Below, in pieces: positions 29,155-37,160 of a stretch of DNA of 54,085 nt. The stretch is taken from positions 1 through 54,085 of the IMG/VR virus record IMGVR_UViG_3300039037_000056. The stretch is one strand, 5' to 3'. Under the pieces are notes generated by a model. It searched no databases and was not told where the DNA came from. It worked only from the letters and a program-made list of their open reading frames with translations. Source of the DNA: a virus (Duplodnaviria; Caudoviricetes). Numbering within the stretch: the stretch's first letter is position 1; each line of letters begins with the position of its first letter. Made by a program: the position numbers and the translations under genes.

Positions 29155-29334
29155 TCATGCGTAATGACGATATGCAAGCGCATCATAATCCTGTGTGTCA
29201 CGCTCGTATTCGTCATCACAGTCTAGTTCATCATCCTGTGAGAATGATTGAATGTAAGACTCATAGATCTCGTCGAGATCATAAGACTCATAGTTAGGTG
29301 TGTATGTATAGTCGAGATCCCAGTCGTCGTACAT
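29155..29334 (-). CDS. Extremely acidic Tyr-rich protein, 59 aa (MYDDWDLDYTYTPNYESYDLDEIYESY...)
   Basis: Read manually. GAGG Shine-Dalgarno and TGC-TATAAT promoter upstream. Confidence 0.65.
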   Translation of the reverse strand: MYDDWDLDYTYTPNYESYDLDEIYESYIQSFSQDDELDCDDEYERDTQDYDALAYRHYA

Positions 29335-29630
29335 AATCCTCGTCGAGATGTCTGAACGCTTGTGTATTATAGCACATCTAGTCCGCAGAGCTAGACTAGA
29401 TTCTCATAAGAATATGTATAAGACTTTGCGATTTTATGTGTGGGTTTGTGAATTTTCTCCGCCCTGTGGGTTGACAAACGAGGCGCTGTGTGCTTGCACG
29501 CCAAACCCACAAGACCACAGCACATTTCATAGCATAATAACTGCTAAGTAACTCCCCAGTATCCTCTGAGTAACTACAAGGTATCTTAGCAATAAAAAAA
29601 CAGTTTTATATTTATTATCATATTAAAATG

Positions 29631-29837
29631 CTATTTTTTAATTACTTCTGTATCAACGGATACACATCTGTTAGCATCCCAATGCCTAATAACCCCTGCA
29701 ACAATGAAGGAGTTAGTTACCATATAAGAGACAAAGATAACTGTCCTTACTAACGCAATCCAGTTATCATATTTCTCTGTTTTACTATCACTGAAACTAC
29801 CCAGAGAGTATTTCCACACTAATAAAATTTCTTTCAT
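29631..29837 (-). CDS. Conserved small membrane protein, 68 aa
   Basis: WKYSLGSFSD..KYDN..IA.VRT..F.SY.VTN.FIVAGVIRHW with a hydrophobic segment. Confidence 0.7.
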   Translation of the reverse strand: MKEILLVWKYSLGSFSDSKTEKYDNWIALVRTVIFVSYMVTNSFIVAGVIRHWDANRCVSVDTEVIKK

Positions 29838-29844
29838 TTATTCC

Positions 29845-31164
29845 TTATGCTTTACCATCCTTAGGTACTGAGTTTAACTTATCATATAATTTCTGATACT
29901 TAGTGTTTAGATCATCTAATCCTTTCTTCATAGCATCATTGATACCCTTCTCAGTCTTTGGTGGTATTGCTGCTATCATAGGGTTAATAATTCTCTTTCT
30001 CTTATCACTTGGTACTGGTAACATTCCTTCTGGAATATCCTGCTTTCTATTCCTACGTTGTTGTGCTTCATAAGATCTTCTATCTCTTACTCTCTGTGGT
30101 GATGCTCCTGTTCTCTTTGGTAGAGTATCAGTTGGTTTAGGTACTTCCTGTCCTACCTTTACTCTTACCTTTGCTCTTGAAGGAACAATAGGATCAGATG
30201 TTACGTCTCTCAGTTCATCTCTAAAGTCTTTCAAGTTCTTATCAATCTCTGCTCTCTTCTTTGTTCCTGGTTTTGCTTTACTCTGTCCCATCTGTTGTCT
30301 GGTAGCATCAATAGTTTTTCTATTCTCTGCCTTCTCCTGTCTGTACTGTTCTTGTGATCTTGTATCACCTTTCTCTGCTCTTTTCTTTGCTTCTGTATCC
30401 TTCTTCAACAGTCTTCCTAACTTAGCACGATCACCTGGTTTTGTGATGTCTAAGTTATTATCTTTTGCCAACTGTCTTCTTCTTTCTTTATCTGCTTTTG
30501 ATGCTTGAAGCATAGTACCAACAGCACCAATACCTGTCATAATCTTAGGCACTAAGTTACTACCTGCTTTGATTGCCATTGAGGCAGCACCTTCATTTAC
30601 TTTCCCAAACTTATTAACTAAACGTTCCCGACGTTGTATGCTACTAAGTACCTCTCTTCCTCTTCTGTTAATAATAGGTGCAATGTTTTGATCGTATCCC
30701 TGCGCCATTCTTTGTGCAGTGCTAGGTGCTGACGCTGCTGGTTTAGGTGCTACTGTGCCTGCGTTAGCAGGTGCTTTTGTTCGCGCAGTATCAACCTTTT
30801 GCATGAAGTCTTTGAACGTTGTTTGAGTTCCAGTCTTCAAACCTTTTTCCCCTGCTTCATACCTTTGCTTTGCAGTTGGAGCGGGTTGCGTAGCAGATGC
30901 TTTAGGTTGTACGGTAGGTTTAGGAGTTGCTACTCTTTTTGCCTGTGAGTCTACAAATCCTTTATTCCTTAATTCACTCTGAAAGTTACGAATAGCACGG
31001 AAGTCTGATGAAGTTTTAGGGGCGCTGATCTGATGTCCCAGACTATCTCTGAACTTCAGATGCTTTCCCTTGCTTGTTACTAACTTCGCACCGTATCTCT
31101 TCGCCATGTTGATGAATACCATCATGGCCTTTGTGTACCCTTCGTTTATATTATGCTCTTTCAC
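29845..31164 (-). CDS. Putative internal head polyprotein with N-terminal HicA-like domain, 439 aa
   Basis: GKHLKFRDSLGHQISAPKTSSDFRAIRNF (HicA-like). The remainder is K/R/A-rich with INE|G, VNE|G and IPE|G motifs. CTAAATA late-promoter variant at 31196-31202. Confidence 0.6.
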   Translation of the reverse strand: MKEHNINEGYTKAMMVFINMAKRYGAKLVTSKGKHLKFRDSLGHQISAPKTSSDFRAIRNFQSELRNKGFVDSQAKRVATPKPTVQPKASATQPAPTAKQRYEAGEKGLKTGTQTTFKDFMQKVDTARTKAPANAGTVAPKPAASAPSTAQRMAQGYDQNIAPIINRRGREVLSSIQRRERLVNKFGKVNEGAASMAIKAGSNLVPKIMTGIGAVGTMLQASKADKERRRQLAKDNNLDITKPGDRAKLGRLLKKDTEAKKRAEKGDTRSQEQYRQEKAENRKTIDATRQQMGQSKAKPGTKKRAEIDKNLKDFRDELRDVTSDPIVPSRAKVRVKVGQEVPKPTDTLPKRTGASPQRVRDRRSYEAQQRRNRKQDIPEGMLPVPSDKRKRIINPMIAAIPPKTEKGINDAMKKGLDDLNTKYQKLYDKLNSVPKDGKA

Positions 31165-31198
31165 GGCGCGACTCGTCTCGGAAAAACCTCGGAACTAT

Positions 31199-31696
31199 TT
31201 AGAATCTAAACTTTAAGTCATCCTTCGTAGGTCTGATCTTTCCTCTATTTTGTTTGGTTACATCATACTTAGTCGCTTCATGATCTGGTATTGCTCTTAC
31301 TCTCAGTCTGGTGTTTTTACCAACAGTTGTTTGCATCAAGTTCTTTCCATCATACTTTGTATTGTATGTTGGTGTCGGTACTTCTAATTGTCTGACGACT
31401 GGGAGATCTGCATTTCTTTGTGCTCTACGATTGGCATAAAACCTTGCACCACTTCTATCAGGTGTTGTAAATGTCGCAACCGTATTATACCCATCCTTAT
31501 CAATCGCTTTGCTTGCTTTTGCATTAGTGCCATGATACAGTCTGGTGCGCTGTATCCTCTGTGGAGCATTAGGCGTCCGACTGAACAGTCCCCTGACAAA
31601 TGCTGCGACCTTTTTATTCTGTGCTGCCTTCTTTACAAATGGGACAATATACCTTGCACCATACACTTCAGTGACAAACTCTTTGTATGTTTTCAT
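31199..31696 (-). CDS. Putative capsid-packaged ADP-ribosyltransferase-fold protein, 165 aa
   Basis: N-terminus MKTYKEFVTE resembles the T4 IP capsid-targeting sequence. RLYHGT..IDKDG..FTTPD..ARFYA ART-like motifs. Confidence 0.6.
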   Translation of the reverse strand: MKTYKEFVTEVYGARYIVPFVKKAAQNKKVAAFVRGLFSRTPNAPQRIQRTRLYHGTNAKASKAIDKDGYNTVATFTTPDRSGARFYANRRAQRNADLPVVRQLEVPTPTYNTKYDGKNLMQTTVGKNTRLRVRAIPDHEATKYDVTKQNRGKIRPTKDDLKFRF

Positions 31697-31717
31697 TGTC
31701 CCTTGAGAATGTATCAG

Positions 31718-31724
31718 TATTTAT
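31718..31724 (-). promoter_or_regulatory. Late promoter (ATAAATA)
   Basis: About 22 nt upstream of ATG 31696. Confidence 0.7.
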
Positions 31725-31996
31725 TGAACATCAAGGTATCTACCAGTCTGTGACTTATACTCTGAGAAGTGATCTTCTCTACGGTTTTTCACATACTCTA
31801 ATTCATCCCAGAACCATGTCTGACATACTACCAGACAATGAATCTTTTTGTGCTTTTCATTCTTTGTGTACTCACACTTTGGTTTATCCTTGACGCCAAC
31901 CTCAATCGTGATATATTCATTCCCTTTGTAATACACCCATCCTTCAACATTCTTCCACTTGACATAATCATCAACGACGGGTGTATATTCAGACAT
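31721..31996 (-). CDS. Hypothetical protein, 91 aa
   Basis: ORF track. Coupled to neighbouring genes. Confidence 0.7.
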   Translation of the reverse strand: MSEYTPVVDDYVKWKNVEGWVYYKGNEYITIEVGVKDKPKCEYTKNEKHKKIHCLVVCQTWFWDELEYVKNRREDHFSEYKSQTGRYLDVQ

Positions 31997-32171
31997 TCAA
32001 CTCCTTACCCATAGGAAATGCCTTCAGACGATTGGGGTTGTATCCTTCACCCAGGTAATCTTCCATGCGTTGTGCTGCATCAGCACGACTCAGATTCACA
32101 TCCTTTTCTGTTACTGGTGCCCAACCATTCGTGCCGAACTCACACACTTGATACTTGATTTCTTTTTCCAT
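31989..32171 (-). CDS. Hypothetical protein, 60 aa
   Basis: ORF track. GYNPNRLK motif. Confidence 0.65.
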   Translation of the reverse strand: MEKEIKYQVCEFGTNGWAPVTEKDVNLSRADAAQRMEDYLGEGYNPNRLKAFPMGKELNV

Positions 32172-32313
32172 GATTGTTAATTTGACGCTCCAATTCGTAG
32201 TAAACTTTAGTAAGACTCAAATTCATATATGGGAAATACTCATTACCCTTCAACAGTTCTTGTAGATTATCTACCTGTATCCGGGCAATGAGTAGTTTTT
32301 CAATCTCTGTCAC
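32140..32313 (-). CDS. Hypothetical protein, 57 aa (GTG start, TEIEKLLIARIQVDNL...)
   Basis: Read manually. GTGA overlap with the upstream gene and GGAG Shine-Dalgarno. Confidence 0.55.
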   Translation of the reverse strand: MTEIEKLLIARIQVDNLQELLKGNEYFPYMNLSLTKVYYELERQINNHGKRNQVSSV

Positions 32314-32510
32314 ACAAACTCCTGCATGTAATAATCAACGGTCACTTCATGCTCTGCTGCCTTACGTTCGTAAAACAACCTTGCCTCTTCACGATGCTTG
32401 TGCTCTTCAATCGCAGTTTCAGACTGCTGCATAAAATCGTCAAATGCTTTCATAAACATTTCAATGTCTTGTTCGTTCATGATAATGTCAAAAAGAGGGT
32501 TCACAGTCAT
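32310..32510 (-). CDS. Hypothetical protein
   Basis: ORF track. C-terminal AAEHEVTVDYYMQEF. Confidence 0.65.
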   Translation of the reverse strand: MTVNPLFDIIMNEQDIEMFMKAFDDFMQQSETAIEEHKHREEARLFYERKAAEHEVTVDYYMQEFV

Positions 32511-32700
32511 AACTTAAACAAACGGTCGATTTATCCATGTTATCATAAAATACCTTGAGTCGGTCGTGCAATGCTCTTGAACTTCCGAACTCTCTGGCAA
32601 TTTGATTCTCATCTCCATGATCTAAACTCTGTAGGGCAGATAGAATGACTCCTAATTCATGAACGTTAAGTGAAACACTTTTTTCATGGGTCGTTGTCAT
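32488..32700 (-). CDS. Hypothetical protein, 70 aa
   Basis: ORF track. Confidence 0.6.
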   Translation of the reverse strand: MTTTHEKSVSLNVHELGVILSALQSLDHGDENQIAREFGSSRALHDRLKVFYDNMDKSTVCLSYDCEPSF

Positions 32701-32732
32701 AATCTTTCCAGCAAACTACATGAGTAATTATA

Positions 32733-32933
32733 TCATGAAAGAACGTAGCAATAATCAATCGTTTTGATACACCAACCTGTAATAGAAGTAATCTCCTCTA
32801 CAAGGTCATCAGCATCATCTGCCTCCCAGGTTGTTGCCAGGACTTCATCAATCACATCCTGCTTCTCCATATCCGGAAGTTCACCGATGCTGTCATCAAA
32901 ATCCAGGTCGATCTCAGTGATACGATACTTCAC
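32733..32933 (-). CDS. Acidic hypothetical protein, 66 aa
   Basis: ORF track. WEADDADDLVEEITSITGWCI. Confidence 0.7.
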   Translation of the reverse strand: MKYRITEIDLDFDDSIGELPDMEKQDVIDEVLATTWEADDADDLVEEITSITGWCIKTIDYCYVLS

Positions 32934-33151
32934 TTGCCGACTCCATAATCATCAGCAGTTGCTTCCAGTTCGCTGATAGTAGGTTCCAAAAGTTCAGGGT
33001 AGTAGTCTTTTACTTCTGTCACCAACTCTTCGTCACTGTATGTTTCAAGATTCTGCTCCATCGTATCATAAACAAACTGATACATGCTCTTGTGATCCAT
33101 ACCATCGATGATGCTTTCGATGTAGTCGTTTTGAAGTTGATCGCGGTTCAT
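32930..33151 (-). CDS. Acidic hypothetical protein, 73 aa
   Basis: ORF track. Overlapping stop/start with the next gene. Confidence 0.7.
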   Translation of the reverse strand: MNRDQLQNDYIESIIDGMDHKSMYQFVYDTMEQNLETYSDEELVTEVKDYYPELLEPTISELEATADDYGVGK

Positions 33152-33183
33152 GATTCTGGAAAATAGGGTGTTCTGCGAAGCAA

Positions 33184-33309
33184 TCAGAAATCGTAGTCGG
33201 AGTTGATGTATTCTTCTACATCAAACTTTTCGTCTTGCATCTCCGGAATGTCATAGATTTCATCAGAGGTCTCCATGAGGTCGCGGAGGATCAGGTCTTC
33301 GTGGTTCAT
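33184..33309 (-). CDS. Acidic peptide, 41 aa (MNHEDLILRDL...)
   Basis: ATG follows the TATACT promoter and CAGTTCAATC leader. Confidence 0.55.
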   Translation of the reverse strand: MNHEDLILRDLMETSDEIYDIPEMQDEKFDVEEYINSDYDF

Positions 33310-33319
33310 TGGTTTGATT

Positions 33320-33390
33320 GAACTGAACTTAGTATAAGGGTCAGGCATGACCGATGTGGAGCATACGGTGCAGTTCTTCAACTGTCACAC
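33320..33390 (-). promoter_or_regulatory. Early promoter with palindrome GTGTGACAGTT..AACTGCACC and -10 TATACT
   Basis: Family match. Confidence 0.7.
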
Positions 33391-33508
33391 CCAGCTCCTG
33401 GGATGCTTCTTCATCCCACCTACGATTGTTCGCTTCACACTGCTGGATAAACATGGGATCTTCGCACATGCCTTCCACCAGTTCTTCAAAGGTCAGAGAA
33501 TCATTCAT
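33341..33508 (-). CDS. Hypothetical protein, 55 aa (MNDSLTFEELVEGM...)
   Basis: Read manually. ATG overlaps the upstream stop. Confidence 0.5.
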   Translation of the reverse strand: MNDSLTFEELVEGMCEDPMFIQQCEANNRRWDEEASQELGVTVEELHRMLHIGHA

Positions 33509-33789
33509 CAGACTAGCTCCTGCTGTTGTTGCATAAGTTGTTCTTCCGTGACTTCATCCACACACTCTTGAATCAGAGTGTAGATGTAGTCAATGTTACC
33601 AACCTCATCAAAGATGCGTTCAATGACTTCAGGGTCTTCAACATTGTTTTCATAATCAATCTCACCATCTTCATCCTTCAAATGACAATCGTGCTTGGTG
33701 TAAATCCATGCACCACAGTGTGCATCTTCACCCTGTTCTTCAATCAAACGATTGACACGTTGCTGAAGTTCTTTGAGTGTGTAGTTCAT
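33508..33789 (-). CDS. Acidic hypothetical protein, 93 aa
   Basis: ORF track. Confidence 0.7.
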   Translation of the reverse strand: MNYTLKELQQRVNRLIEEQGEDAHCGAWIYTKHDCHLKDEDGEIDYENNVEDPEVIERIFDEVGNIDYIYTLIQECVDEVTEEQLMQQQQELV

Positions 33790-33986
33790 TTGGAAACCTC
33801 AAATGTGGGAATGACGTTGATCTCAATCCAGTTAGGATACTTTTCCATCGCCCACTTCTCCAATTTGGTGTTGTGGGATTTGATGCCCTTCTGGGTTTTG
33901 GGTCTGGTAGGCATGGTCCGGAAGACTGACAGGGTTCCCTCGTCAGTCCTCACAGATACCAGATACTCGGCGGTGGTGGTGTTCAT
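33786..33986 (-). CDS. Hypothetical protein, 66 aa
   Basis: ORF track. Translationally coupled. Confidence 0.65.
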   Translation of the reverse strand: MNTTTAEYLVSVRTDEGTLSVFRTMPTRPKTQKGIKSHNTKLEKWAMEKYPNWIEINVIPTFEVSK

Positions 33987-34153
33987 CAGAAGATGTTGGT
34001 CCAGCGTTCGTGTTGGATGGCGCTGATGCGTCCTTCCTTCAATAGGTTATCACAGACTTCGCAGAAGACTGCAAACTTTTCGGTGCGGGTGAGTTCGTAT
34101 TCTTGGGCGGCTTCGCAAGAACCGATGATTTTGAGAACGTTTGCTTTAAGCAT
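33986..34153 (-). CDS. Hypothetical protein, 55 aa (MLKANVLKIIGSC...RWTNIF)
   Basis: Read manually. First gene after an early promoter. Confidence 0.65.
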   Translation of the reverse strand: MLKANVLKIIGSCEAAQEYELTRTEKFAVFCEVCDNLLKEGRISAIQHERWTNIF

Positions 34154-34166
34154 GGGGGTTGGTTCC

Positions 34167-34240
34167 CTTGATTACTCTGTAATCATACAGTCTCCAGGGC
34201 AACCTCCAATGGGTTGTGTGCCAGTTCTTTGACTGTCACA
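34167..34240 (-). promoter_or_regulatory. Early promoter with palindrome TGTGACAGTC..AACTGGCACA, -10 TATGAT and leader TACAGAGTAATCAAG
   Basis: Family match. The leader is duplicated at 35871-35891. Confidence 0.75.
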
Positions 34241-35256
34241 GGCAAATTTTCCCAAATAATCTTTTCTATAAGATCAAAGCGAAGATTGAGTGCTCCATTG
34301 GTAGACTTGAATGAAGATTCCTCCCAATCAATACTCTTCATCACAGAATCCATGACTTTCTTGTCAATCAGTGAGACGATTCCATATCCACGGCGATGTG
34401 GAAGTTCCTCAAAGTCATACTTGACTTCCATCTCACTGAAACATGTGGACGGAAGATAATAATCACACGAATTTAGGTGTTTCTTGTTGCGTGTGCTGCC
34501 TGGTGTGCCTCCGTCGCTCAGACTATAGATTTTGATGATCTTAGACAGATCAATGGCATCTTCCTCTACTTTGTGATTCTTAGACCACACTTGAAAGACA
34601 CAATTAACTTCAACATCTTTGCCACCTGGGTAGTAAAATGCAGAGTCAACAACCTCACTATGAATGAGATTCATGCCCTTCACACGTCCTTTACAACTAC
34701 CTTTGCCATTACTATCAAACAACTGTGGCAGCACAAAGCATACAAAGTCAGAAAACTCTGCTGCATGATTGATAAACTTAAGTGCAAGATGTCCTCGCAA
34801 TCCAAACGGTGGATTACCCACAATGATGCTCTTCTCAACATCAGGTTGCCACTGCAAAAAGTCTGCCTGTGTGACACCTTCGCATTGTGGTTCAATATCA
34901 ACACCGATAGAACCTTCAGGCATCAGGTGATAGAAACTACCGTCACCTGCTGATGGTTCAATGAAAGTATATCCATCCAGACTCTCATACTGTGAGATTA
35001 CTTCCAATGCTTTCTGATAACAATACTCAGCAGTCTTCTTGTTAGTGAAGAACTGATCTTTCTCTTTATCACTATACTTACTATAATCAACTTCAATCTC
35101 TGCAATACGGCAAAGATCAAAGTAATACTGATGCGGAACCTCTTTCTTTTCCAACCACCGTTTCACTGTGCCTCGGTGCAGATACAATCCATCACAAATA
35201 GTTTTCATACCATACTTCTGATAGATTGGATAAAAGAAGTCGTAGATGTTATTCAT
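34183..35256 (-). CDS. N6-adenine DNA methyltransferase (gamma-type motif order) with N-terminal HTH
   Basis: Motif X DQFFT, motif I FIEPSAGDGSF, motif IV IVGNPPFG. Confidence 0.85.
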   Translation of the reverse strand: MNNIYDFFYPIYQKYGMKTICDGLYLHRGTVKRWLEKKEVPHQYYFDLCRIAEIEVDYSKYSDKEKDQFFTNKKTAEYCYQKALEVISQYESLDGYTFIEPSAGDGSFYHLMPEGSIGVDIEPQCEGVTQADFLQWQPDVEKSIIVGNPPFGLRGHLALKFINHAAEFSDFVCFVLPQLFDSNGKGSCKGRVKGMNLIHSEVVDSAFYYPGGKDVEVNCVFQVWSKNHKVEEDAIDLSKIIKIYSLSDGGTPGSTRNKKHLNSCDYYLPSTCFSEMEVKYDFEELPHRRGYGIVSLIDKKVMDSVMKSIDWEESSFKSTNGALNLRFDLIEKIIWENLPVTVKELAHNPLEVALETV

Positions 35257-35861
35257 GACAGTTTTTTCAGGAGGAAGAGTGCCAGTTCTTCTGGATGGGT
35301 AGAATTAAAATCATACTCGAAAGTGACTCCTGCGTCAATACCCTTGCGGATAGACTTCATGCTAAAATCCACCTTTGCCTTCCCCTCTTCATTCTTGCGC
35401 TGGTGTGCCTTCTTACCGAAAATAGAAAGGTCCATGGTATTGTCCTTCACCACCATGTCATAATCGACAACGGTGATAAACATCACATCATTGCGATCAT
35501 AATCAAGGAAGACCAACTTATCCCACTTGTTGTCTGAGAAATATACATTTTCATGCTGCCATCCAATCGGTCTGCCGTTAGAAACCGTGCGCCCAGAGGT
35601 CTTTACTTCAACGCGAACTTTCTTACCGTTGTGGAGATACCAGAACAGATCATAGACACCATCATCATTAGAGGTGTTAGAATCTTCATCCCATTGAACT
35701 GGAATATCAGTGTAATCCTTGACGAACTTGTAGAGAAGTTCTTCACCATACTTACCCTTGTAATCAGTAGAGAAGTTTGTTACCTTCTCAAACAAAGAAC
35801 CAGACCAGTATGATGCCTGTTCTTGGTAACTCTCCATCAGTTCGATGGCGATGCCCCTCAT
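35253..35861 (-). CDS. PD-(D/E)XK nuclease, putative restriction endonuclease, 202 aa
   Basis: KGKYGEEL...GVYDL...VRVEVKTS..WQHEN catalytic pattern. ATGA overlap with the methyltransferase. Confidence 0.7.
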   Translation of the reverse strand: MRGIAIELMESYQEQASYWSGSLFEKVTNFSTDYKGKYGEELLYKFVKDYTDIPVQWDEDSNTSNDDGVYDLFWYLHNGKKVRVEVKTSGRTVSNGRPIGWQHENVYFSDNKWDKLVFLDYDRNDVMFITVVDYDMVVKDNTMDLSIFGKKAHQRKNEEGKAKVDFSMKSIRKGIDAGVTFEYDFNSTHPEELALFLLKKLS

Positions 35862-35870
35862 TGGAAACCT

Positions 35871-35945
35871 CTTGATTACTCTGTAATTATAGGGAACCGC
35901 AGAGACGATTCGGGAACCCAGTGGACGGTTCTTCAACTGGCACAC
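35871..35945 (-). promoter_or_regulatory. Early promoter with palindrome TGTGCCAGTT..AACCGTCCAC and -10 TATAAT
   Basis: Family match. Drives the nuclease-methyltransferase pair. Confidence 0.75.
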
Positions 35946-36369
35946 CAAATGTGTCAGTCAACCACCAGTTGTATAGTCTCTCTTCTTCTTCCCGTGCCTC
36001 AACCTCATGTGGTTGATACCAATAGTCCCAATTTTCTACTGGTGTTTTACAATAACACAATTTTCCATAACGATGGCGCAGAGAACCACGGATCCACTGC
36101 GCCATGTGCGTCAGTTCATGCAAAAGAGTCTGAATATACAACTCCTTTGTCATGTAGGTGTCAAGTTCAATCAAAAAGTCACGGGGGCGATAAGGATCTG
36201 CCCATGATGCAACATCACAATATCCACGAACAAGTTCTTCTTTCAAATCACGGTGCTCAATTTGCACTTCAATTTTGTGACGTGGAAAGAAGTTATTCAG
36301 AAACCAGGAGGTAACATCCTCACAGAGTTCTTGAGAATAACCGTATCCAGAATGAGTGATGAAAGACAT
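35887..36369 (-). CDS. Zincin/SprT-like metallopeptidase, 160 aa
   Basis: TLLHELTH (HExxH) with a downstream PHEVEA glutamate motif. Confidence 0.75.
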   Translation of the reverse strand: MSFITHSGYGYSQELCEDVTSWFLNNFFPRHKIEVQIEHRDLKEELVRGYCDVASWADPYRPRDFLIELDTYMTKELYIQTLLHELTHMAQWIRGSLRHRYGKLCYCKTPVENWDYWYQPHEVEAREEEERLYNWWLTDTFGVPVEEPSTGFPNRLCGSL

Positions 36370-36431
36370 GTGCCCCAGTGCATTAACCAGACGAATGAAC
36401 CAACAAAGATGAGTTTTTCCTTAGGTGTCAT
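36297..36431 (-). CDS. Small hydrophobic protein, 44 aa
   Basis: Read manually. GGAGG Shine-Dalgarno. Confidence 0.45.
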   Translation of the reverse strand: MTPKEKLIFVGSFVWLMHWGTCLSSLILDTVILKNSVRMLPPGF

Positions 36432-36701
36432 CAACCTCCAGCAGCAAAAGTCCAAAGAATAAGAACAGACATCAACATTGCTGGCATCAAAAGTAATACC
36501 AGCATTTGAAGATCAGGAATTGTCATCGGAAATAGTAAACAAACCCAGGGAAAGTCATCAATCCAAGTAGAGCACCAAAAGCAATCGGTGCTGGTGCCAT
36601 TGACACCATGTAAATAACTCCTGCAAAGAATGGAACTACAAGTCCTACGGCAAGAGAATACTTTGCCGCTTTCAGAAGTTGTCGTTTTGTGAAAGTCATA
36701 A

Positions 36702-37079
36702 TCAGCGAAGATAGAGATAACCACCTGCCCAGTCAGCACGGGAGAAGCACTCCTCGCGACTGGAGATGATGTTCAGATTATACCGTGCAATCTTGGCAGG
36801 TGCCTTGTAAGATGCGGGTTTGAAGACTTCACCAGTCTTCTTGTTGATGAAGGCATGGCAGGATCGTGAACCGTTGTCGCCATACACTTCCCAGATCTTG
36901 TGGTACTTCCGACCGGAAGAATCCACTTCAAACTCCATGTTGCTGGAGCTGTTAGGGTGACGACGCTGAAAGTCCTCTAGCAAGTGATCGCAGAGTTCCC
37001 AGCAATACTTGGTGATGTTCAGTTCAATGGTGTTCCGTGCATCCTGCTGGGCGACGAAATCAGCGAACTCGGTAGTCAT
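36702..37079 (-). CDS. Conserved phage hypothetical protein, 125 aa
   Basis: RKYHKI..SCHAFI.KKTGEVFKPASYKAPAK..RYNL..ADWAGGYLY. Confidence 0.8.
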   Translation of the reverse strand: MTTEFADFVAQQDARNTIELNITKYCWELCDHLLEDFQRRHPNSSSNMEFEVDSSGRKYHKIWEVYGDNGSRSCHAFINKKTGEVFKPASYKAPAKIARYNLNIISSREECFSRADWAGGYLYLR

Positions 37080-37091
37080 GGTGTCAACCTG

Positions 37092-37160
37092 TGAATGAAC
37101 TTATTGTAGAGGCACACAGGTGCCTCTCAGAGGGTCTGTGTGCCAGTTATGCAACTGTCC
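37092..37160 (-). promoter_or_regulatory. Early promoter with palindrome GGACAGTT..AACTGGCACA, hairpin GAGGCAC/GTGCCTC and -10 TACAAT
   Basis: Family match. Confidence 0.75.
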
